Shown here: one piece after another, positions 58,305-64,000 of the stretch | Layout of the letters: each line of letters begins with the position of its first letter | How positions within the stretch are numbered: position 1 is the first letter of the stretch | From: Candidatus Woesebacteria bacterium RBG_13_46_13 | Lineage (GTDB): Bacteria; Patescibacteriota; Microgenomatia; UBA8517 | Reading direction: 5' to 3' | Assembly: GCA_001791995.1 (NCBI GenBank) | Contig: MGFR01000005.1 | Span: 26,895-90,894, forward strand | DNA: 64,000 nt | Translations under genes and position numbers: made by a program | Notes under the pieces: model-generated | The model's input: only the letters and a program-made list of their open reading frames with translations | What the model was told of the DNA's origin: nothing | Database searches by the model: none

Positions 58305-59330
58305 CTATAACAACGCAGACAGTTTTTCTGCGAAAACGTCGTAGCTATATTTCTTGCTGTCCAGCCTGGCCTCCCTGCCCAATTTTACCAAAAGACCTTT
58401 CGTTTCGATAAGAGTCCTGGTGTTTTTGAGAAGCTCCTGTGTACTTGCCCATAAAAATCCGTTTTCCCCCTCTCTGACAATTTCCTTATAACCTCCCCCC
58501 CTATAAACAAGCGGGGCTGCGCCTGCCGCCATTGCCTCAACTGCGGAGATACCAAAGTGCTCAAACTTTTCAGGTTCTTTTTCCTCCTTTGCCCCAAAGC
58601 CAACCGCCGACCAGAATATCTTTGCCCTCCCGTAGAGAGTGCAAATCTCTTTAAATGTCGGACTTTCAACAATCTCTATGGGGTAGCCGGAAGATATTTT
58701 TTTTATATTCTCCAAATACTCTTTTCCCCCTATCTCAGCGCCCCCGGCCAAAATAAGTTTCCACTCGGAGTATCCCGAGTCGTAAAGTCTTTTGAAGGCT
58801 TTTATTAAAACATCCTGGTTTTTGGCCTGTGTCAGCTGGGAAAATCTGCCCACGAAGGTAATAATATCCTCTTTAATCTTTGGTCTGATTTTCTCTATCG
58901 CTACAGGTGGATAGATGACAGCCGAATCTACCCCGTATTCCGCATCGATGAAACTCTTGGTAAAGCGGGAGTTACAGATAACCTTGGAAATCCTCCAAAG
59001 CTTCATTTTATTAAGCAGGGTTACGCCTTTTACGCCGTGGAAGGGAACCTGAAAGTGGAGAAGGTTTTTCCTGGCCTTCAGAGCCGGAATGGACCCGTCG
59101 GACACCCAAAAACAAAGATCGTACCCGTCTCCCCGGGCGATATCTTTAACAAAATTGATATCCGTCAGTTTAATTCCAAATCTATCCTCCAGCTTATTCT
59201 TGACTGAAGGGCTCCTCCACTGCACATCTACTTTATAGCCCTTATTTTGCAGAACAGTGGCAACGGCTAGGCTGTAGCGCTCTCCGCCTCCTAGGGTATC
59301 AAGATATGGATTATATATTGCGGCTCTCAT
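58305..59330 (-). CDS. GT4-family glycosyltransferase
   Basis: FEHFGISAVEAMAAGAAPLVYRGGG (EX7E). Confidence 0.75.
   Translation of the reverse strand: MRAAIYNPYLDTLGGGERYSLAVATVLQNKGYKVDVQWRSPSVKNKLEDRFGIKLTDINFVKDIARGDGYDLCFWVSDGSIPALKARKNLLHFQVPFHGVKGVTLLNKMKLWRISKVICNSRFTKSFIDAEYGVDSAVIYPPVAIEKIRPKIKEDIITFVGRFSQLTQAKNQDVLIKAFKRLYDSGYSEWKLILAGGAEIGGKEYLENIKKISSGYPIEIVESPTFKEICTLYGRAKIFWSAVGFGAKEEKEPEKFEHFGISAVEAMAAGAAPLVYRGGGYKEIVREGENGFLWASTQELLKNTRTLIETKGLLVKLGREARLDSKKYSYDVFAEKLSALL
58313..58331 (-). terminator. possible weak intrinsic terminator hairpin overlapping the last codons of the GT4 gene
   Basis: Minus-strand CGCAGA-aaaactg-TCTGCG (6-bp stem, 7-nt loop) followed by TTGTTATAG, then a 92-bp non-coding gap. 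Confidence 0.2.
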
Positions 59331-60135
59331 TCTTTTGCATCTCCCAAAGCTTTGCGTATGTTATCATGCGGGAAAACGTCTGGTAAATTATTTCGATCAC
59401 CCCCACCGCTCCGTCCAGAAATCCCAGTTTTAAAATCGCCCGATACCGAAATTCCCTGGCCGCAACGGAAATAAACCTCCACCAGACCATCTTGGGATGC
59501 CCTGATTCAAAAAGCAGTTTGGCTTCAATAGCCGACCATTCATTCGTTTTGGCAACCATCTCGGATAAACTCCTGTGGGAGATATGCGTAAGCGGATTTT
59601 TAAGCTTGCCCACTTCTCCTTTAATTGCCGGTTGTTCATGAAGCTCGCCTTTCCAACCCAAAAGGGCATCTTTTTTTATCAGTCTTAAAACATAGTCGGG
59701 CCACCAGCCCCCCCAACGCATGGGGTGACCCAAAAGAATATTCTTTCTGGGAATTGCGTAAGCATTATATTTCAGTTGATGATTGGTGATTAGGGATTGA
59801 ATTTCTTTTCGCAGTGCGGGGGTAACTCTCTCGTCGACATCGACATAGAGAAGCCAATCTCCACCGGCAACCTTTGCACCCAGATTTCTCCTGTCGGCAA
59901 AACTACCCTTAAGAGACTTAACGATTTTGGCACCTTTGCCTTTCGCAATTTCAACGGTTTTATCCGTACAGCCGTTATCGACAACAATTATCTCATCGAC
60001 CCAGGTAAGGGAAGCCAGGCAATCTCCAATCAGGGCTTCTTCGTTTTTAACCAAAATTACTGCCGAGGTTTTCATTTCCAGCTTCCTTTTTCCAGGCGGC
60101 CGAGGTAATAATCCCTGATGCCAGCCCTCTGCCAC
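59311..60135 (-). CDS. GT2-family glycosyltransferase (WaaE/KdtX-like subgroup paralog)
   Basis: TSAVILVKNEEALIGDCLASLTWVDEIIVVDNGCTDKTVEIA...LYVDVDERV. Confidence 0.75.
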   Translation of the reverse strand: MAEGWHQGLLPRPPGKRKLEMKTSAVILVKNEEALIGDCLASLTWVDEIIVVDNGCTDKTVEIAKGKGAKIVKSLKGSFADRRNLGAKVAGGDWLLYVDVDERVTPALRKEIQSLITNHQLKYNAYAIPRKNILLGHPMRWGGWWPDYVLRLIKKDALLGWKGELHEQPAIKGEVGKLKNPLTHISHRSLSEMVAKTNEWSAIEAKLLFESGHPKMVWWRFISVAAREFRYRAILKLGFLDGAVGVIEIIYQTFSRMITYAKLWEMQKNESRNI

Positions 60136-60995
60136 TTCCTGCCGCTGATAATGAGCCGCAGGCTTTCTCTAATTAAGGCCAGCTTGGTTCTTAGGGGAGC
60201 AAACTTAAATCCGAAGAGTAGTCTGTTGCGGGTGATAAAGTAGTCGTTGAGGTCCCCGCCAACCTTCGAGCTTTGGGAAACTTTGTGCCAGATCTGGGTT
60301 CTAGGGGTATAAACAATTTTAATTCCGGCCCTCTTTGCCCTTTCTGAGAGTTCGACATCCTCCAAATAGGCAAAATATTTGGGATTGAAAAGCCCCACTT
60401 TTTCAAAAACCCTCTTTTTGACAAACATACAGGCGCCGGTAGCAAAATCCGTCTCTTTTTCTTCATCGTATTGGCCACGATCAACATCATCAACCCCGTT
60501 ATTGGTTGCATATAGATTGCCCCAGTCGATATTCCCCCCTGCGGACCAGATAACCTTCCCGAGGACATACTTGGGGTATCTGTCTTTATGAAATTCAAAT
60601 CCCGGAGCAAAATAGATCTTCGGCACAAAGATCCCCGCATCCTTGTTTGCCCGCGCGGATTTTATAAGCTCGACAACCAAACTCCTGTCAACCAGAGTAT
60701 CGTTATTCAGAATCAGGACATAGTTGGCCCCTGTCGCCAGGGCCTCCTTTATCCCGACGTTGTTCCCTTCGGCAAAACCCAAATTTTCGGAATTCTTGAC
60801 AACCATGAAGGGAATATTCGTAATTTTGTTTAAGGCTTCGATGGAGCCGTCGCTTGAGGCATTATCGACCACAATTATACTTAGCTCATAACCCACTGTG
60901 GCTATCCGGCTTAAAGACTTGAGGCACTCAATCATGTCATCTTTTCTGTTCCAGTTAAGAACCACTATCGTTACTTTGGGAATTGTTTTACTCAT
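60072..60995 (-). CDS. GT2-family glycosyltransferase (WbbL/rhamnosyltransferase-like architecture)
   Basis: VTIVVLNWNRKDDMIECLKSL...IIVVDNASSDGS...LILNNDTLV. Confidence 0.75.
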   Translation of the reverse strand: MSKTIPKVTIVVLNWNRKDDMIECLKSLSRIATVGYELSIIVVDNASSDGSIEALNKITNIPFMVVKNSENLGFAEGNNVGIKEALATGANYVLILNNDTLVDRSLVVELIKSARANKDAGIFVPKIYFAPGFEFHKDRYPKYVLGKVIWSAGGNIDWGNLYATNNGVDDVDRGQYDEEKETDFATGACMFVKKRVFEKVGLFNPKYFAYLEDVELSERAKRAGIKIVYTPRTQIWHKVSQSSKVGGDLNDYFITRNRLLFGFKFAPLRTKLALIRESLRLIISGRKWQRAGIRDYYLGRLEKGSWK

Positions 60996-61902
60996 TGCCT
61001 AAAAAGATACGCCGATAAACCCGCTTGGGAAGCGAAGCAATAAAACTTCCCGACTTAATTAAGACCTCGATAATCCACCAGTTAATCTCCTTATTGGCTC
61101 TTTTTACCTCGGCTGCGAACTGCTGGGTAGAAACGGCCTGTGGGGTAAATTGTTCCGCCTGCCAAAGCTTAAGATAAAGGGCCAGTTCGGAAAAGGCCTG
61201 TAGGCAGGCCAAGGCCAATCCGTGCAGGCCGTCCTTATAGCCTTCTCCGGCAAAATAACGGCTCAAAAATTCCGCCAAAGGGCGCCTTATTACATCGTGC
61301 CAAACAAATTTGTATTCCTTCTGGACTAGCGCCCGCGCCTGAACATCGGTGTAGCGGTTCATCCTTTCGATAAATTTCGCAATCGAGGTGTAATTGTAAT
61401 GGGTAATTGCGTATTTCTCCTCAGCTGGAAGGTCAAGTCCTTTACCGATGGTCATCGGCACCGAATGGATAATCTCGTTCCAGGTAACGCTGCCTTTTTT
61501 GAAAAACCTGATATTGTAATCCGGCCACCAACGGGAGTTTTTAATCCAACGTTTGAAATTAATGTTTCTTCTCGGTAAGCGGTAATAGTCGGCCTGGGGA
61601 CTTTTGACAATCTGCTTAAGCTTTACCGCCAGGCTTTGGGGTATCTCCTCATCAGCATCCAAGACAAGCACCCAGTCTTTGGAGGCCTTATCGATGGCAA
61701 AATTTCTGGCCGGCTCAACGTATCCGACCTTTTCGTGATGAAAAACCTGGGCGCCGTAATCTTTGGCAATTGCCACGGTTTTATCCGTGGACTCCATATC
61801 CACAACCACTATCTCATCGGCAATATCCTTGACGGACTCCAAGGCCCGGGCGATATTTTCCTCCTCGTTGAGCGTATTGACAACAACCGAGATTGATCCC
61901 AC
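60988..61902 (-). CDS. GT2-family glycosyltransferase (WaaE/KdtX-like subgroup paralog)
   Basis: ISVVVNTLNEEENIARALESVKDIADEIVVVDMESTDKTVAIA...VLDADEEI. Confidence 0.75.
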   Translation of the reverse strand: MGSISVVVNTLNEEENIARALESVKDIADEIVVVDMESTDKTVAIAKDYGAQVFHHEKVGYVEPARNFAIDKASKDWVLVLDADEEIPQSLAVKLKQIVKSPQADYYRLPRRNINFKRWIKNSRWWPDYNIRFFKKGSVTWNEIIHSVPMTIGKGLDLPAEEKYAITHYNYTSIAKFIERMNRYTDVQARALVQKEYKFVWHDVIRRPLAEFLSRYFAGEGYKDGLHGLALACLQAFSELALYLKLWQAEQFTPQAVSTQQFAAEVKRANKEINWWIIEVLIKSGSFIASLPKRVYRRIFLGNE

Positions 61903-61921
61903 CAGCTTATTTTAACAGATG

Positions 61922-63409
61922 TTACTTGCCAAGAAGAGTTTTGAAGCCCTTTTGCACGTCCTCTTTAATCGAAATCCCGACCAATATATATATTGCAACC
62001 ATATAAACTGCGACTCCGGTGGCAACCATGATAAATACACTACTTGTGCTAACCGGGAGAATCCGCCTTAGAAATAGAAGCGTTCCTCCCATAACAGCAC
62101 TCGCCAGGAGGGGCTTAAGCGCGGACTGGGACAGCGAAAAATTCACAAACCTCTTGGCTACAAAAATCGCGATCAGAGAACTTGTCCCCACCAGAGCATA
62201 GCCCGCGGCGGCCCCGTTTACGCCGTATTTGATGGAAAGAATCGGTACAAATAACCAGGTAAGGACCGTCCACATAATCATCAGCTTAAAAGTAATTTTA
62301 ATTCTGCCCACGGCATTTAAGAGATTGGTCAGCTGTGTCGTCACGGCGGCAAAAAGCGTGTTGATCGCAATTAATCCCAAGGGCAAAAGGGCCGGCTCCC
62401 ACTTTCCGTAACGGGGAATTATCGCAACCAAGGTGGGGGCCAAAACCAGAAGCCCCGCTAGGCTGGGGAAAACCAGAAAACAGATGAAAAAGATGGAACG
62501 GGTAACCGATCTTTCCAGGTGCTCTTTGGCGTCCTGCATCCTTGAAAATGCCGGGAAGGTAACCTTAATCACATGGTCCATAAAAAACCTCAAAGGTGCC
62601 TGGCCCCATTTTTGGGCCCAACCCAAAAATCCTACCCCGGCCGGCCCCAAAATCCCTCCCAAAACCGCCGTCATCCCGTCGTCCTTGATTGTCGCCAAAA
62701 GGGTATTTGCCTGATAAGGGACACCGAATTTCAAAAGGCCACCCAAGGACTTCCTGGAAAAGGCAAATCCCGGCACCCACGGCTGTAGGATATAAATTGC
62801 GATAAGTCCCACCACTCCTCTGGCCAAGACGGCAACCGTAAAGCTGGTTATGCCAAAACCCTTCCAAGCCAAGATAACCGCCAAAAGACTATAAACCAGA
62901 TTTTCCAATACCTGGGGAATAACCAATTTGCCAAACTCAAGTTTGCGCTCAAGAAGCGCCGACGGAATTGTTTTTAGAGAGGAAAAAAAGAGCGAAAGAC
63001 CCAAGGCATAAAGCAGCATTCTTGCCTCAGACGTAAATCCATATATCCTGGAGAGGGTTGGGCTAACCAGAAAGATAATTACTAAAAGGGTAAGAACAAG
63101 AACCTGCTGAACGGTAAAGGTGGTTCTTAAATCGGCTTTGTCGGGGTTTTCCTTTTTTTGGATAAGGGCGGCGGCTAAGCCGACATCGCTAAAATAGGCA
63201 AGAAAATTAACGATTGCCGAAACAATCCAGAAGATACCAAATTCGGAAGGACTCAAAAAAACCGTCAAAAATCCCGTCGCCACCAGCGAAAGAACGCTTA
63301 GAAGAAAGGTCCTTCCGGTTAAAACCACTACCCCTTTAACGGCTCTAGATTTGACCGTATCGATGGTTATTTCGGCATTCGGATCCAGATGTTCCTGAGT
63401 TTCCTGCAT
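61922..63409 (-). CDS. Wzx-like oligosaccharide flippase (MOP/polysaccharide biosynthesis protein family)
   Basis: 495 aa, 12-14 TM, PST-family architecture: N-terminal cytoplasmic segment then SVLSLVATGFLTVFLSPSEFGIFWIVSAIVNF. Confidence 0.7.
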   Translation of the reverse strand: MQETQEHLDPNAEITIDTVKSRAVKGVVVLTGRTFLLSVLSLVATGFLTVFLSPSEFGIFWIVSAIVNFLAYFSDVGLAAALIQKKENPDKADLRTTFTVQQVLVLTLLVIIFLVSPTLSRIYGFTSEARMLLYALGLSLFFSSLKTIPSALLERKLEFGKLVIPQVLENLVYSLLAVILAWKGFGITSFTVAVLARGVVGLIAIYILQPWVPGFAFSRKSLGGLLKFGVPYQANTLLATIKDDGMTAVLGGILGPAGVGFLGWAQKWGQAPLRFFMDHVIKVTFPAFSRMQDAKEHLERSVTRSIFFICFLVFPSLAGLLVLAPTLVAIIPRYGKWEPALLPLGLIAINTLFAAVTTQLTNLLNAVGRIKITFKLMIMWTVLTWLFVPILSIKYGVNGAAAGYALVGTSSLIAIFVAKRFVNFSLSQSALKPLLASAVMGGTLLFLRRILPVSTSSVFIMVATGVAVYMVAIYILVGISIKEDVQKGFKTLLGK

Positions 63410-64000
63410 TTATTTTGTTACTTCAAAGAAAAGTAAATCCTCCCTTCTCCCCTCCGGCTTAGTAGCCTTGGGATAGGAGTTAATCAGTCTTAATCCCAGC
63501 TTGTCCGCATCTTCCAAAAGTCGCGTGCTATTGACCACCAAATAGGTTTTATTTCCATAAGCGCGGGATTCGGCAAGAGGAGTGGGAATCTTGTCTATCC
63601 CCAACCCAACCCCCACAACAATTATCTGGGGCATATCGTTAAGATACATTTGCAGCCCATCCGGTAGAGTTCCGAAGTATCCTTCCGTTCCGATGACTAT
63701 TTTCTTGCCCGGTTCGCGAGCAAACTCGGCCCTGACCAACTCGGAGACCTCTTTGATGCCAAAGCCTGCCGTCCAATCTTCCAAATAGCCAGACCTCTCG
63801 CTTCGGGGCAGTTGTGCTTTTTGAATATCAAAGAGTAGCCGTCTATTAACCATCAGGCTTTGCGAAAGAAAGAGAGCCAAGAGAATCATCCCGGCCCAAT
63901 ATAGGGATTTTTTGCCGGTAGGCAGTATGTTTCCGGCAAAAATCGCCAAATACGGCAGGGTAAAGAGAATATATCTTGCAGTATAGACCTTCGCATATTC
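63410..64000 (-). CDS. membrane-anchored protein, partial (5' end outside window)
   Basis: The reading frame stays open upstream of the TTG at 63949 to the window edge (...EYAKVYTARYILFTLPYLAIFAGN...). One TM segment then a soluble domain. Confidence 0.35.
   Translation of the reverse strand, partial: EYAKVYTARYILFTLPYLAIFAGNILPTGKKSLYWAGMILLALFLSQSLMVNRRLLFDIQKAQLPRSERSGYLEDWTAGFGIKEVSELVRAEFAREPGKKIVIGTEGYFGTLPDGLQMYLNDMPQIIVVGVGLGIDKIPTPLAESRAYGNKTYLVVNSTRLLEDADKLGLRLINSYPKATKPEGRREDLLFFEVTK

Noticed and set aside
739-64000. Numerous 60-200-aa ORFs antisense to or nested in the large CDSs (e.g. 799..987, 1751..2023, 6607..6903, 11463..11897, 30278..30892, 40146..40667, 55772..56113)
   Set aside because: Each lies entirely within a longer ORF that has clear homology-type motifs, and each has a biased, Arg/Pro/Ser-rich or repetitive composition typical of non-coding frames. 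There is no independent support for any of them.
1-64000. CRISPR arrays, tRNA/rRNA genes, integrases/transposases, toxin-antitoxin or defence-island content
   Set aside because: I looked for regularly spaced direct repeats in the few non-coding gaps and for cloverleaf-like or structured RNA segments. The gaps are all under 110 bp and show neither. No ORF has recombinase, transposase, nuclease or ATPase defence-type motifs. The window appears to be purely biosynthetic.

Overview
The whole 64 kb window is one densely packed cell-envelope glycoconjugate biosynthesis locus, with about 57 tightly packed CDSs. Most sit on the minus strand with 4-nt ATGA-type start/stop overlaps. I found no rRNA, tRNA, CRISPR array, integrase or transposase by eye. 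Two Wzx-like MOP flippases bracket the locus (739..2019 and 61922..63409). Between them are at least 12 GT2, 5 GT4, a DegT sugar aminotransferase and at least 5 SAM-dependent methyltransferases. There are about 20 large polytopic membrane proteins with the look of GT-C-fold glycosyltransferases, arranged in several tandem paralog arrays: 7 PMT/ArnT-like genes, a 3-gene 'PGW-x-VDG' C-terminal family, and DUF2029/GT87-like plus large-membrane pairs. Two DPM1/GtrB-like polyprenyl-phosphate sugar synthases, which plausibly supply those GT-C enzymes, are embedded in the locus. The most unusual part is an embedded cassette at about 9.5-15.8 kb. It encodes a 3-dehydroquinate-synthase-family sugar-phosphate cyclase, a VOC/glyoxalase protein, an SDR, a MOFRL glycerate-kinase-like kinase, a sugar-phosphate nucleotidyltransferase, a divergent GAPDH-family dehydrogenase and a CDP-alcohol phosphotransferase. 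I read this as a pathway to a nucleotide-activated cyclitol/polyol phosphate that is transferred as a phospho-headgroup, a combination not obviously matching a described system. Gene density, low apparent GC, TTG/GTG starts and massive GT-C expansion suggest an uncultivated low-GC bacterium, possibly CPR/Patescibacteria, but that is inference. All functional calls are from motif reading by eye; none were checked against databases.
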